Shown here piece after piece: positions 16,614 through 26,767 of a stretch of DNA of 27,765 nucleotides. Origin of the DNA: Pseudomonadota bacterium (GTDB lineage: Bacteria; Bdellovibrionota_B; Oligoflexia; Oligoflexales; RGVZ01); assembly GCA_041178085.1 (NCBI GenBank), contig JBEGVZ010000060.1, positions 1-27,765 of the forward strand, written 5' to 3'. Position numbers and translations under genes: made by a program. Within the stretch, counting starts at the first letter, position 1. Each line of letters opens with the position of its first letter. The notes below the pieces were generated by a model that searched no databases, was not told the origin of the DNA, and was given only the letters and a program-made list of their open reading frames with translations.

Positions 16614-16946
16614 ATGACGATTCGACAGGATCGCATGGCAGATGAAATCCGTGACATCGTGGCCTCCTGCTTTGCAGGGGGCCAGATGCAGGACCCGCGC
16701 CTCCAACACGTGACCATCACAGCGGTGAAGATCAGCCCGGACCTGCAAGTTGCCAGTGTCTACTTCAGGATCATGCCTGGAGAGGACATTGAGACCGCAA
16801 AACGTGGCCTTGAGCGAGCGGCAGGCTTTTTCCGCGCACGCCTTGCTGAGTCGCTCGACGTCCGGCGTGTCCCGAATCTGCGTTTCTTTTTTGATGAAAG
16901 CGTCGAACACGGCTCCCGGATTGAACACCTGCTGACCAAGATCTGA
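16614..16946 (+). CDS. rbfA: 30S ribosome-binding factor A
   Basis: DPRL..VTITAVKISPDL..A.VY, AAGFFR, RRVPNLRFFFDES. Follows infB. Confidence 0.96.
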   Translation: MTIRQDRMADEIRDIVASCFAGGQMQDPRLQHVTITAVKISPDLQVASVYFRIMPGEDIETAKRGLERAAGFFRARLAESLDVRRVPNLRFFFDESVEHGSRIEHLLTKI

Positions 16947-16949
16947 GAA

Positions 16950-17909
16950 ATGTCGCGTCAATTCCGCGGCATGCTCGCCGCTTACAAACCCAGGGGAATG
17001 ATTTCGAAGGATCTTTCCCGCTGGATCGAACGCCAGGTTGGCAAGCAAAAGCTCGGCCACGTAGGCACGCTCGACCCCATGGCGGAGGGGGTCCTTTGTC
17101 TTCTTTTTGGCAGCGCCACCCGCCTGCAGGACCAGCTCCTCGAACTACCCAAAACTTATCTTTTTGACATGAAGCTGGGGATGGAGACCGACACCCTCGA
17201 CCTTGACGGCAAGGTGCTGTCTGAGGTTGACGCCACCCACATGACGAGGGAAGCCATTGCTGCGCTCTTGCCTGGATTCCGTGGCCGCATAAAACAAGTT
17301 CCCCCGGTTTTTTCTGCAGTGAAGTACCAGGGCCGCCCCCTTTATGACTATGCCCGGAAGAACCAGGACAGCGACGTGCCGGTGGACTCCCTGGCCCGTG
17401 AGGTGACGGTAGAACACTTGGAAATCAAGGCTTTCGAGCCTGGCCTTGTCACCTTGGAGGCCCGCTGCTCCAAGGGAACGTACATCCGCTCGCTCGTCCG
17501 TGATATCGCCCGCGCAGCCGGAACGACTGCCTGCCTGAGCCGTCTTGTCCGGACCGAGGCCTCGGGGATCAGGGCCGATGCGTGTGCCAGCCTCGAACAG
17601 ATCGAGACTGCCATAAAAGCCGGGCCTGGCAATTTCGAGGCCATGCTGCTTCCCCCGGAAAAACTTGCGCTTGGACTACCCGTTTGGCAGTCTGTCGAAC
17701 ACGACTGTTGCGCAAGATTACGCCGCGGACAGCAGGTCTCAGTGAGCTCCAGCCAGTGGCTGGAAAATCTCAGGACCCCACATCCGTCGACCACTGGCGC
17801 GATGACTTTGATGCTGATCGATCCCCAAGGCGTGGCCTTCGGCCTTGGTGAAGCGAAGATGACCGAGGGCGGACGTTTCCTGATCACCATGAAAAGAGGA
17901 CTGTCATGA
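16950..17909 (+). CDS. truB: tRNA pseudouridine(55) synthase
   Basis: [47 protein letters not shown]. Confidence 0.96.
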   Translation: MSRQFRGMLAAYKPRGMISKDLSRWIERQVGKQKLGHVGTLDPMAEGVLCLLFGSATRLQDQLLELPKTYLFDMKLGMETDTLDLDGKVLSEVDATHMTREAIAALLPGFRGRIKQVPPVFSAVKYQGRPLYDYARKNQDSDVPVDSLAREVTVEHLEIKAFEPGLVTLEARCSKGTYIRSLVRDIARAAGTTACLSRLVRTEASGIRADACASLEQIETAIKAGPGNFEAMLLPPEKLALGLPVWQSVEHDCCARLRRGQQVSVSSSQWLENLRTPHPSTTGAMTLMLIDPQGVAFGLGEAKMTEGGRFLITMKRGLS

Positions 17910-19060
17910 GCCAAGCCCCACAAGACTACCTGTTCACCTCTGAATCTGTCAGTGAAGGCCATCCGGACAAGATCGCAGACCAGATCAGCGACGCCGTACT
18001 TGACGCCATCCTTGCGCAGGACAAACGTGCACGCGTTGCCTGTGAAACCCTCGTCAAGACAGGCCTGGTCGTCGTAGCAGGTGAAGTGACCACAAATGCA
18101 CGGGTCGACTACGATGCCATCGCACGTAAAGTGGTTGCAGACATCGGCTACACCGACGGAGAGCTCGGCTTTGACGCAAAAAGCTGCGGCGTGATCAGCG
18201 CAGTCGGCGAGCAATCTTCCGACATCAGCATCGGTGTTACGGAAGGACAAGGACTCCACCAGGAACAGGGCGCTGGCGATCAGGGAATGATGTTCGGCTT
18301 TGCCTGCGACGAAACCCCGGAGCTGATGCCGGCCACCATCAGTTATTCCCATCAATTGCTTAAAAAGCTTTCGCACCTGCGGCGGACCAAGGACGTGAAG
18401 TTCCTGCGCCCGGACGCCAAGAGCCAGGTCACCGTTGAATACAAAGGTGGAAAACTGCACCGCGTTGACACGGTCGTCATCTCGACCCAGCACGCCCCGG
18501 ATGTCTCGCACGAACAGCTCAAAGAATACGTGATCGAATCGTGCATCAAGAAAGTTATTCCGAAAGAGCTTTTGCAAAACACCACGTACCACATCAACCC
18601 GACCGGCCGCTTCATTGTCGGAGGACCCCAGGGTGACTGCGGCCTGACGGGTCGCAAGATCATCGTCGATACTTACGGCGGTCACGGCGCACACGGCGGT
18701 GGAGCTTTCTCTGGCAAGGACCCCAGCAAGGTCGACCGTTCGGCAGCTTATGCAGCCCGCTATGTGGCTAAAAACCTGGTTGCAGCTGGACTGGCGAAAA
18801 AATGTCTGGTCCAGGTCGCCTACGCCATTGGTGTTGCTGACCCGGTCAGTGTCTTCGTTGACACCTACGGTACGTCGAAATACTCGAGCAAAGACCTGGC
18901 TGATCTGGTGCGCAAGGTATTCCCGCTCCGCCCGCGTGCGATCACCGATCACTTTGACCTGCTGCGCCCGATCTACCTGCCGACGGCGTCGTACGGACAT
19001 TTTGGCCGCAGCGAGTTCCCCTGGGAAAAAACTGACAAGATCGACGCCTTGCGCGCCTGA
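17906..19060 (+). CDS. metK: S-adenosylmethionine synthetase
   Basis: [51 protein letters not shown]. Confidence 0.99.
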   Translation: MSQAPQDYLFTSESVSEGHPDKIADQISDAVLDAILAQDKRARVACETLVKTGLVVVAGEVTTNARVDYDAIARKVVADIGYTDGELGFDAKSCGVISAVGEQSSDISIGVTEGQGLHQEQGAGDQGMMFGFACDETPELMPATISYSHQLLKKLSHLRRTKDVKFLRPDAKSQVTVEYKGGKLHRVDTVVISTQHAPDVSHEQLKEYVIESCIKKVIPKELLQNTTYHINPTGRFIVGGPQGDCGLTGRKIIVDTYGGHGAHGGGAFSGKDPSKVDRSAAYAARYVAKNLVAAGLAKKCLVQVAYAIGVADPVSVFVDTYGTSKYSSKDLADLVRKVFPLRPRAITDHFDLLRPIYLPTASYGHFGRSEFPWEKTDKIDALRA

Positions 19061-19070
19061 TATTGGCGGT

Positions 19071-19094
19071 GGCCCGGCGAACTGAAGCCGGGCC
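19071..19094 (+). terminator. GC-rich hairpin after metK without a U-tract (pause, processing or stability element, or atypical terminator)
   Basis: GGCCCGGC-gaactgaa-GCCGGGCC, perfect 8-bp stem. Confidence 0.45.
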
Positions 19095-19139
19095 TGCATT
19101 GATCCCAGGAACCCAAGCCATCACGCAAAGGAGTGCGTA

Positions 19140-19766
19140 ATGCATACGACCGGGGACGCTAAAAGTTTCTCCAATCAGACTCCGGCGAAACGCAAGAGGA
19201 TGATCGTCGTCAACCGCGACTTGCAGTTGCGGTACACGGGAGCTGCCGTCATGGTTGGCGGCTTGACCACGATCCTGACGACCTTCTTCATCCTGCTGCC
19301 GCTCTATGTGTTCAAGATCCTGGTCATCCCGAGATTTCTGCCGATGCCGATCCTCGCGATGATGGGTCTTGCTCTGGCAATGAACATCTTCAGCGTTTTC
19401 ATCCTGGGACTGATGTTAACCAACCGCATTGCGGGCCCCCTTTACAGCCTTGTCAGAGCCATGCGTCAAACGGGACGGGGGGACTTCAACTCCCACCTGA
19501 TCGTTCGCGCCAGTGACGACCTCAAGTTTGTCATCCGCCATTTCAATGACATGTCGGCAGGCCTGGCAAGACTGGCCAAGGATGACATCGAATCTATGGA
19601 TGGCCTGCTTGTCAGCGCCAATGAAGTGCATAACCGCCTTGGCAGTGAGCCCGAACAACAACAAAACGCGGCCGCCGTTCGCGAACTGATGACCGAAATG
19701 GAAGCTTTGCGAAATCGCATGGTGGCCCGCGTTGAACCCGCTGCCACAGATGAGGGACAAAAATGA
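19140..19766 (+). CDS. Two-TM HAMP-domain membrane protein with no output domain
   Basis: Basic N-terminus, two hydrophobic helices, then TNRIAGPL...GRGDFNSHLIVRASDDL...FNDM (HAMP) and a short helical tail. AAGGAG RBS. Confidence 0.8.
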   Translation: MHTTGDAKSFSNQTPAKRKRMIVVNRDLQLRYTGAAVMVGGLTTILTTFFILLPLYVFKILVIPRFLPMPILAMMGLALAMNIFSVFILGLMLTNRIAGPLYSLVRAMRQTGRGDFNSHLIVRASDDLKFVIRHFNDMSAGLARLAKDDIESMDGLLVSANEVHNRLGSEPEQQQNAAAVRELMTEMEALRNRMVARVEPAATDEGQK

Positions 19767-20464
19767 TCGAACACCTGTCTGGCAACATCCTGCAAAAAGA
19801 AACCTCGAAAGTTGTGATTGGGGTCAACGGTGTCGGCTATGGGGTGGAGATGCCTCTTAGCTCCATCTGCACGCTCGGCCGCGTGGGCGAACCGGTGTCT
19901 GCCTGGATCGAGACTCATGTCCGCGAGGATGCGATCAAGCTGTTCGGCTTTGTGACCCAGGAAGAGAAAGACCTCTTCAACATCGTCTGTTCCGTGTCTG
20001 GTGTCGGACCACGGATTGGCCTTGCGATCCTGGGTTCCATGCAGCCCGCGCAGATCGTCGCAGCAGTCGTTGATGGGCGAAAGGAAATGCTGGAATCCGT
20101 GCCGGGGGTCGGAAAACGCCTTGCGGAACGCCTAGCTGTCGAACTGAAGCCAAAGCTGGAACGCTACTTGAAGAACCGGCCTGCTGCCCTGACTGGCCTG
20201 CGCAGCGGAGCCCTGGCCGGAGCGCCCGTTTCCGCCCAGGTTGACCTGTTCGGATCTTCACCGGCCAAAGCGGGCGCCACCAGTCTGCTGGCTGATGCCC
20301 AGTCTGCCCTTGAAAACCTTGGCTTCAAGGACAAAGATGTCATGCAGGCCCTGGGCAAAGTGATGAAACGAGATGGTGGCCTTGAGGCAACTCAAGGTAC
20401 CGGTGACAACGAGACTTTGACCCATCTGATCAAAGAGGCCCTGGTCGAACTGCGAGGGTGGTGA
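19763..20464 (+). CDS. ruvA: Holliday junction branch migration protein RuvA
   Basis: [43 protein letters not shown]. Confidence 0.97.
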   Translation: MIEHLSGNILQKETSKVVIGVNGVGYGVEMPLSSICTLGRVGEPVSAWIETHVREDAIKLFGFVTQEEKDLFNIVCSVSGVGPRIGLAILGSMQPAQIVAAVVDGRKEMLESVPGVGKRLAERLAVELKPKLERYLKNRPAALTGLRSGALAGAPVSAQVDLFGSSPAKAGATSLLADAQSALENLGFKDKDVMQALGKVMKRDGGLEATQGTGDNETLTHLIKEALVELRGW

Positions 20465-20469
20465 TTTCC

Positions 20470-21504
20470 ATGACAGACCTGTCTTCCGGCGTAAAGATTG
20501 AGCGCCTCGCGGCGACCGCGAAAACAAACGATGACGACAGGTTGGAAATCCAGTCTCCCGGCATCCGTCCACAGGCCTTTGACGACTATCCTGGCCAGGA
20601 AAGTGTTAAGGAAAACCTGCGGACTTACGTTGCTGCCGCCAAACGCCGCAATGAACCCTTGGACCACATCTTGTTACACGGGCCACCCGGCCTGGGAAAA
20701 ACCACCCTCGCCAACATTGTGGCGACGGAGCTTGGCGTGCCGTTTGTCAGCACGAGCGGTCCCGCAATTGACAAGCCCGGTGACCTGGTAGGGATACTGA
20801 CCAGCCTGCAGCCAGGATCCCTGCTGTTCATTGACGAGATCCACCGCCTTTCGATCAAGGTTGAGGAAATCCTCTACTCCGCCATGGAAGACTTCGCTGT
20901 CGACATGATGATCGGACAGGGACCTTCAGCGAGAAGCGTCAGGATGGACGTCGCGCCATTCACACTTGCCGGGGCGACAACCAGAGTGTCCTTGCTGTCA
21001 CGGCCACTGCTCGGCCGCTTTGGCATCCAGGAACGACTCGACTTCTATAACGAAGAAGCACTCTGTCGCATCATCTCTCGCAGCGCCTCAATCCTTGGCA
21101 TCAAGATCGACCATGTTGGCGCGCAGGAAATCGCGGGCAGATCGCGCGGGACACCGCGCCTGGCAAACCGCCTGCTGCGGCGAGTCTGGGACTTTGCGGA
21201 AGTGCACGGCGATGGTGTGGTGAATCGTGAACTGGCTTCCGAGGCACTCAAGCGTCAAGGCATGGATGGCTTGGGATTGGACCGGATTGATCGCTTGATC
21301 CTGGAAACGGTGTATCATCAATACGACGGTGGGCCTGTTGGCATTGAGACACTTGCCGCCACACTTAATGAAGATCGTGCGACGCTGGAAGAAGTTTATG
21401 AACCGTATCTGGTCCACCGGGGCTACCTCGCCCGTGGACCAAGAGGCCGCTACCTGACCGATCACGGCAGGAGGCACGTGGAGGCCGCCGCCTCAACCGT
21501 TTGA
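20470..21504 (+). CDS. ruvB: Holliday junction branch migration helicase RuvB
   Basis: [47 protein letters not shown]. Confidence 0.98.
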   Translation: MTDLSSGVKIERLAATAKTNDDDRLEIQSPGIRPQAFDDYPGQESVKENLRTYVAAAKRRNEPLDHILLHGPPGLGKTTLANIVATELGVPFVSTSGPAIDKPGDLVGILTSLQPGSLLFIDEIHRLSIKVEEILYSAMEDFAVDMMIGQGPSARSVRMDVAPFTLAGATTRVSLLSRPLLGRFGIQERLDFYNEEALCRIISRSASILGIKIDHVGAQEIAGRSRGTPRLANRLLRRVWDFAEVHGDGVVNRELASEALKRQGMDGLGLDRIDRLILETVYHQYDGGPVGIETLAATLNEDRATLEEVYEPYLVHRGYLARGPRGRYLTDHGRRHVEAAASTV

Positions 21505-21522
21505 GCAGGGAAGCCAGGACGG

Positions 21523-23286
21523 ATGGGATTCAGCAAATTAAAGGTCGGACACACCGGCCGCATGGTCGATGATCACGGGCAATCCCCGGAGGAGCAATCG
21601 CATCCGGTAGATACGACGCTCGACATTCCCCATAGCGTAAGCCATCCGTTGATCAAGTCATCGATCGCCGTACACGACCGTACACAGCTTGAAGCCGTGT
21701 TTGACTATCCACTACTTCCGCTCAAGCAATTCGCACGTGAGAACCTGCGCTACCAGGTGGAGGCCTACATCTTCTTCCCCCGCCAAATGGGGGTTACTCC
21801 CGCCTCTTATCCGAAAGAGCGCTTCTACAGTGACTTGCGACCCCTGATCCGGTTGCGGGAGCCTCGACTCACTTACAAGCAGCTGGTCGGCGACCCGGCT
21901 ATCGCCGGCCGCTCTCCGATTTCAGTCATACGCCAATACTTTGCGGGCAAGCAGGACAGAACTGGCGCCACAAAACCACTGGTCACCGAGCAGGAAGCGA
22001 TCGACGAAGCACGGATTTTTGCCTGCGCACTTGCGGGCTACTTCCTGCGGCGTGTTGAGCGACGCTCAAAGCGCTTGCGCAAGGTGGTCAAGCAGATGGC
22101 CGCTGACTATTCGCAGGAAAGTAACGATGCCGTAGACAGAGCCTGCAAGGACACAGGCGAATTCCTTGACCGCATTCACAATGTGATGCGCACGTGGCGC
22201 TCCCTGATCGGAGAAATCTCGGAAATTGACCCGAACCAGAAGGACAAGGTCCACCGCGAAATGCGCCTGGTCGATGAGTACTGTACCTACCGTATCCGTG
22301 ACGGTATCACGCGTTTGATCAAGGCACTCGCCTTGCTGCAAAAAAAAGGGCAAATCGCACGCCTCGGTAACCTTGAAAAAAAGCTGAGTGCCCACGCCCG
22401 TTTTGACCACTGGTACAGCGTCAAGATGGGTTACGGCTGGATTACCCGGGCCAGTGACGATCTGACAGTTGAACGTTACGTGTTCCGGCGGGGCCTGCTC
22501 AAGCGGCGGGTCTGGCAGGTCCTCTATCTTGATGTCAGGACCAGGCCGCTGTTCGCTTTTCAGCAGCAGCTGGGCGCCATGGTCGCTGCAGGTGTGGCCG
22601 CGTTCTGGGCAGTTGGGACGGAAATCCTGATACGGATGAAAGCGGCGAACCAGCCGAACAGCCCGTTTAGCTCACTGGGCACTGGTACATTGGTCATTGT
22701 GACCGCTTTCATCATGGCCTACGTCCTCAAGGACCGGATCAAAGAGCTGGGGCGAAGCTATTTCAGTTCGCGCCTGATGCGCTCGGTGCCGGACAATAGC
22801 GAACGGATCCTTTACCGGAACTCAGGGCGAAAGCTTTGGAGCATAGGTTCTCTTGCCGAGTATACGCGATTCGTCTCACTCGACCGCCTTCCCGATCAGG
22901 TCAAAAAGCTGCACCGGCGCTTTGATCCGGAAGGGCTCGACTCGGAGGATGACTCCAGCAAAGCGATCCACTACCGCAAAGTGATCGACCTCAACGTCAA
23001 CATCGCCCGCAGTCATGTGTATCCCCTGCGGGCTGTGCACGACATCCTGCGTCTCAACATTGAGGCTTTCCTGTCAAAACTGGACGACCCTTTGCATGGC
23101 ACGGAGATGCTGGACACGGAGGGCCGCCTGATCGAAATGAAAATGCCGAAGGTTTACCATCTAGGACTGGTACTGAAATATTCGCAGTCAAGAGGCGCGG
23201 AAAACACGGAAACTGTCACGTACGAATCAATCCGGCTGATCATCAACAAGCGTGGCCTGTTCCGCATCGAACGGATTGAAAGCTGA
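21523..23286 (+). CDS. Hypothetical protein with two central transmembrane helices
   Basis: 587-aa ORF filling the gap after ruvB. Hydrophobic segments LGAMVAAGVAAFWAVG and LVIVTAFIMAYVL. No motif recognised. Confidence 0.8.
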   Translation: MGFSKLKVGHTGRMVDDHGQSPEEQSHPVDTTLDIPHSVSHPLIKSSIAVHDRTQLEAVFDYPLLPLKQFARENLRYQVEAYIFFPRQMGVTPASYPKERFYSDLRPLIRLREPRLTYKQLVGDPAIAGRSPISVIRQYFAGKQDRTGATKPLVTEQEAIDEARIFACALAGYFLRRVERRSKRLRKVVKQMAADYSQESNDAVDRACKDTGEFLDRIHNVMRTWRSLIGEISEIDPNQKDKVHREMRLVDEYCTYRIRDGITRLIKALALLQKKGQIARLGNLEKKLSAHARFDHWYSVKMGYGWITRASDDLTVERYVFRRGLLKRRVWQVLYLDVRTRPLFAFQQQLGAMVAAGVAAFWAVGTEILIRMKAANQPNSPFSSLGTGTLVIVTAFIMAYVLKDRIKELGRSYFSSRLMRSVPDNSERILYRNSGRKLWSIGSLAEYTRFVSLDRLPDQVKKLHRRFDPEGLDSEDDSSKAIHYRKVIDLNVNIARSHVYPLRAVHDILRLNIEAFLSKLDDPLHGTEMLDTEGRLIEMKMPKVYHLGLVLKYSQSRGAENTETVTYESIRLIINKRGLFRIERIES

Positions 23287-23422
23287 AATATTGAGCAGCT
23301 ATCAACCGGAGGTGTTCCAGGCAAAAAAAACAAACTCATCTGTAAGTCTTGGAATCTGATACGGAATGGTTTAGACTTTTTATTAAAGCATAGATCCTAA
23401 TTTTTCTTTGGAGGGTGAAACT

Positions 23423-24505
23423 GTGCTTGTTAAAAACATTCGCAATGTGATGGCTTCTGTAGCTGGTGTCGCGATGGCGACCTCAGCGTTGGGCGAAGGA
23501 ACGGCAGTCAAGACGGGCGGCTCTGACGCCACCCTCTACGGTGAATTCCGCACGGAATTGACCCATGACGACGACGGCCTCGTCAAGATCGACTCTGGTG
23601 CCAAGCAATCCAAGACCACCGTTCTGGGCGTCGAGGAAGTCAAGGCTGGCCTCAAAGGCAAGTTCAACGACCGCACCTCGTACAACTTCCGCCTGAACTT
23701 TGCTGATGGCGCTAGCGTTGAGCACGCTCACGCTACCTGGAAGGCCACCGACATGTTCGCTGTCACCATGGGTAAGGACTACGTCCGCCAAGGTGGTTTC
23801 AGCAACGCTGACAACGAGTTCAACAACGTTTGGGGCAACCGCGCTCAGTACGCAGCATTCGATCGCTACGCTGAGTCCCTCAGCCTGCACATCATGCCGG
23901 GCGGCAGCCACAACGTGACAGTCCAGCTCGTCAACGATGTGATGCCAGACGATGCAGCAACAGCTGATGTGGTCGAAGGCATGGCATCCTACAACACCAC
24001 CCACAAGCAGCCGGCTGCGATCCTTGAGTACACGGGTGAGTTCGGCGGCATCTCGCCGATCGTCCAGTACGGCTCCTACGACCTCAACCACTCGAAGTTC
24101 TTCGATGTGGGTCTCCGCGCGAAGTTCGGCGCAACTGGCCTGACCTTCGACTACGGCGTCACGACGGTCGCTTACAAGTCGCTCAAGGACAAGACCGCTT
24201 CCTACAACAACATCACGCTCCGCGCAGAGCATGACCTTGGATCTGCCAAGCCGTTCGTGTGGTACAACTCCTTCAACCGTACCGACAAAGACCTCGGCAC
24301 AGAAGAAGTCAAGACCAACACCAGCACCGCCAACTGGGATGACAACGCCAACCAAATCAGTGTTGGTGCCTTCCTCCCGATGGGCGCAAACTGGAACCCG
24401 TACGTTGCTTACCGCATGAAGTCCGGCAAGTTCGAAAACGCTGCTGGCGAAGAGAAAACTGGCTCGATGAGCCAACTCGCAATCGGCGCAACCGGCGAAT
24501 TCTAA
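23423..24505 (+). CDS. Outer-membrane beta-barrel porin, probably highly expressed
   Basis: GGAGG RBS before GTG 23423, Sec signal peptide ending SALG, alternating amphipathic strands, C-terminal Phe (LAIGATGEF), strong C-ending codon bias, own terminator. Confidence 0.85.
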   Translation: MLVKNIRNVMASVAGVAMATSALGEGTAVKTGGSDATLYGEFRTELTHDDDGLVKIDSGAKQSKTTVLGVEEVKAGLKGKFNDRTSYNFRLNFADGASVEHAHATWKATDMFAVTMGKDYVRQGGFSNADNEFNNVWGNRAQYAAFDRYAESLSLHIMPGGSHNVTVQLVNDVMPDDAATADVVEGMASYNTTHKQPAAILEYTGEFGGISPIVQYGSYDLNHSKFFDVGLRAKFGATGLTFDYGVTTVAYKSLKDKTASYNNITLRAEHDLGSAKPFVWYNSFNRTDKDLGTEEVKTNTSTANWDDNANQISVGAFLPMGANWNPYVAYRMKSGKFENAAGEEKTGSMSQLAIGATGEF

Positions 24506-24528
24506 TCGTCCAATCGATCTAGACGATG

Positions 24529-24555
24529 AAGCCCTGGCGAAAGCCGGGGCTTTTT
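24529..24555 (+). terminator. Rho-independent terminator of the porin gene
   Basis: AAGCCCTGGC-GAAA-GCCGGGGCTT followed by TTT (GNRA loop, U-tract). It lies between the convergent porin and mpg genes. Confidence 0.9.
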
Positions 24556-24579
24556 CGTTGGATAAAAAACATGCTTTGC

Positions 24580-25161
24580 TTAACGACGAACCACAAAGCG
24601 CCAGGGAAGTAAGGCATCTGCACCCGCATAGTCGACACCGATGCGGGGTGTTTGTTCCACTTGCTGGGCCGCAATCTTTGCTTCTGCCGGCAGGACAAAT
24701 AGCCCTGAACCTACCGTCATGTCGTGACCGTCAAGCTCGCGCGTTATCTTCATCTCGCGACAAAGGCGACCAGGGCCGTTCAAAAAAATACGCTGTCTTG
24801 CTGGCTTCAAAGCCTTGAGGGCAGCTTCAAAACCCCGGACTGGCTCGAGCCCCCGCAAAAGGACAGCGGCAGGAAACCCCTCCCGCTCGGTTACGATATT
24901 CAAGCAGTGGTACATCCCGTAAATCAGGTAAACATATGCCCGCCCAGGAGGCCCAAACATCACGCGGGTGCGTTCTGTAATCCCTTTCGAGGCATGGCAA
25001 GCCTTGTCGCCCTGACCGATGTATGCTTCCGTTTCGACGATCCTGCCAGCCATGACCTTTCCGCCGGTCCGCCTGACCAGGATACACCCGAGCAAGTCCC
25101 TCGCGACTTCAAGGGTTGGGCGGTCGTAAAAATCAATTTCCAGTGGTCGTCCGAAAATCAT
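24580..25161 (-). CDS. mpg: DNA-3-methyladenine glycosylase (AAG/MPG family)
   Basis: FYDRPTLEVARDLLG, GRIVETEAY, MFGPPGRAYVYLIYGMY, NGPGRLC, PRIGV, PWRF. Start at ATG 25161 (alternative 25176). Confidence 0.95.
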   Translation of the reverse strand: MIFGRPLEIDFYDRPTLEVARDLLGCILVRRTGGKVMAGRIVETEAYIGQGDKACHASKGITERTRVMFGPPGRAYVYLIYGMYHCLNIVTEREGFPAAVLLRGLEPVRGFEAALKALKPARQRIFLNGPGRLCREMKITRELDGHDMTVGSGLFVLPAEAKIAAQQVEQTPRIGVDYAGADALLPWRFVVRR

Positions 25162-25214
25162 AGTCTGGGCGAACATATACGACGCTGGGCTGGAAAAAGA
25201 AGGTTTTTTCAGGA

Positions 25215-25886
25215 TTGAACAAAGAACTCCTCGATGGATGGCAAGACTCTGGCACCTGGATTTCGGACCGGGAGATTGCGTTTCGATTTGCGCCCGGGAC
25301 AATGACACCATCGCTGCGCAGAAAACTTGCCACCGCCACGCCACCAGTTGGATTTCACGTCTGTCTTGGCGCCAAGGTCATCCATTTCGTCCAGAAGGCC
25401 CCTTCATCAGAAGCAGCAGAATCTGAACTCATCACGTGGCTGAAAAGCCTCATGCAAGACAAAGCAGCGCTGGACAAGGGACTTGTTCATACGAAGCCCT
25501 TTATTGTTCGGGCCGCCTACGGCGCATCCGTATCTGCAGAAGTGGCGCTCGATTTGCAGCGCCTTGCTGAATTCAACCGCATCACACCTGAAGAGGTAGT
25601 CCAGAGGCACCTTGCCACCCGATATACTGTTTCATTTTGCGGATTCCAGCCTGGCTTTGCCTATCTGGAACCGTTACCCGGATCACCGCCGTTGCTGGCT
25701 CCCCGTCATGACACACCAAGAACTTCGGTCCCCGCTGGATCTGTTGCGCTAGGCGGAGATTACTGCGCGGTCTATCCCGCCACCGGCCCCGGCGGCTGGA
25801 ACTTGATCGGAATGGCGCATGAGTGGGGGCGGGAAATACCAGCATGGACCCCGGGGCTGATGGTTAACTTTGAAAGGGTGCCGTGA
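25215..25886 (+). CDS. pxpB: 5-oxoprolinase subunit B / KipI (allophanate hydrolase subunit 1) family
   Basis: GFQPGFAYL, PRTSVPAGSVALGG, VYPATGPGGWNLIG. TTG start after an AGGA-like site; N-terminus divergent. Confidence 0.85.
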   Translation: MNKELLDGWQDSGTWISDREIAFRFAPGTMTPSLRRKLATATPPVGFHVCLGAKVIHFVQKAPSSEAAESELITWLKSLMQDKAALDKGLVHTKPFIVRAAYGASVSAEVALDLQRLAEFNRITPEEVVQRHLATRYTVSFCGFQPGFAYLEPLPGSPPLLAPRHDTPRTSVPAGSVALGGDYCAVYPATGPGGWNLIGMAHEWGREIPAWTPGLMVNFERVP

Positions 25887-26701
25887 TGACCGGTGCCTTG
25901 ACCATGTTGAATGAATTCTTTCAGCTGGAAAAACCGGCTGCCCTGATGGCTTCACAGGGGACACCCGACCTTGGGCGGCTTGCCCAGGGATTGCCTGCTG
26001 GCGGATCGATGGACCCGTGGGCCCCCGTAATACTGAACCGTCTTCTTGACCTCGAGGACAGCTTCCCTGTTTTGGAATTGACCCTTGCTGGTCCGGTCAT
26101 CACGGCAAAATGTGATGTGATGCTGGCCCTGGGCGGCTTGGAGGGCAGCCTGGAATCCCTGCCCGTCTGGGAGCCCTTTCACGTCCGCAAGGGGGACACC
26201 CTGAACCTGCGCAAGATCAAGGGATCCAGCCGACTCTATCTGGCCGCAAGCACACCTGCCGCGGGCAAGCGCCTTCGAACCCTTCAAGGGAGTAGCACCC
26301 TCAGGCAGGCGACTTGTGCTCCGGTGCACATCATCGCCAATCCGGTTTTTTCGGACCATTTTGCGCTGCCAACACTGCGGCTTTCCCCGCAGTCAGACCG
26401 GCGCGGACTTCGCCTTGAGGCGTCCGGAGCACTCCCTCCCGGGCATGAAATCCCGCCGGAACCGATGGGTTACGGCGCAATCCAAATGCCGCCCGGGGGT
26501 GCGCCCATCATCGTCGGCCCGGATGGACCTGTCACCGGCGGCTATGCGCGGATAGCCACGGTAGCCTGCGCGGACTTACGCAGACTGGCTTGGCTGATGC
26601 CTGGACAAGCGGTCGATCTGAAACCGGTTTCCCGGGATGATGCAGTCCGCCAGTACCGGCATCTTGAAGAGGCGTTGGCCCAGGACTTGATCCCGTGTTA
26701 G
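25886..26701 (+). CDS. pxpC: 5-oxoprolinase subunit C / KipA (allophanate hydrolase subunit 2) family, shortened
   Basis: DLGR...GLPAGGSMD, LELTLAGP, SDRRGLRL, GAIQMPPGGAPII, DGPVTGGY. Start overlaps the pxpB stop. Confidence 0.85.
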   Translation: MTGALTMLNEFFQLEKPAALMASQGTPDLGRLAQGLPAGGSMDPWAPVILNRLLDLEDSFPVLELTLAGPVITAKCDVMLALGGLEGSLESLPVWEPFHVRKGDTLNLRKIKGSSRLYLAASTPAAGKRLRTLQGSSTLRQATCAPVHIIANPVFSDHFALPTLRLSPQSDRRGLRLEASGALPPGHEIPPEPMGYGAIQMPPGGAPIIVGPDGPVTGGYARIATVACADLRRLAWLMPGQAVDLKPVSRDDAVRQYRHLEEALAQDLIPC

Positions 26702-26767
26702 TCATGAACCACGGGCTTTTCGCCAGAAAATCCGTTCATTCAGCCAACTTGAACCAGGGATGCCACC

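Noticed and set aside
17348..19099. 583-aa antisense ORF across truB/metK
   Set aside because: Antisense open frame typical of codon-biased conserved genes; no recognisable domain.
22340..22347. A8 run in the 587-aa gene as a programmed frameshift site
   Set aside because: The ORF is intact, the run is not an in-frame A-AAA-AAG heptamer, and no stimulatory structure was evident.
23483..24475. 330-aa antisense ORF over the porin
   Set aside because: Mirror frame caused by the porin's strong codon bias.
25177..25344. Extended mpg N-terminus
   Set aside because: It would overlap divergent pxpB; family homology begins at MIFGRPL (25161).
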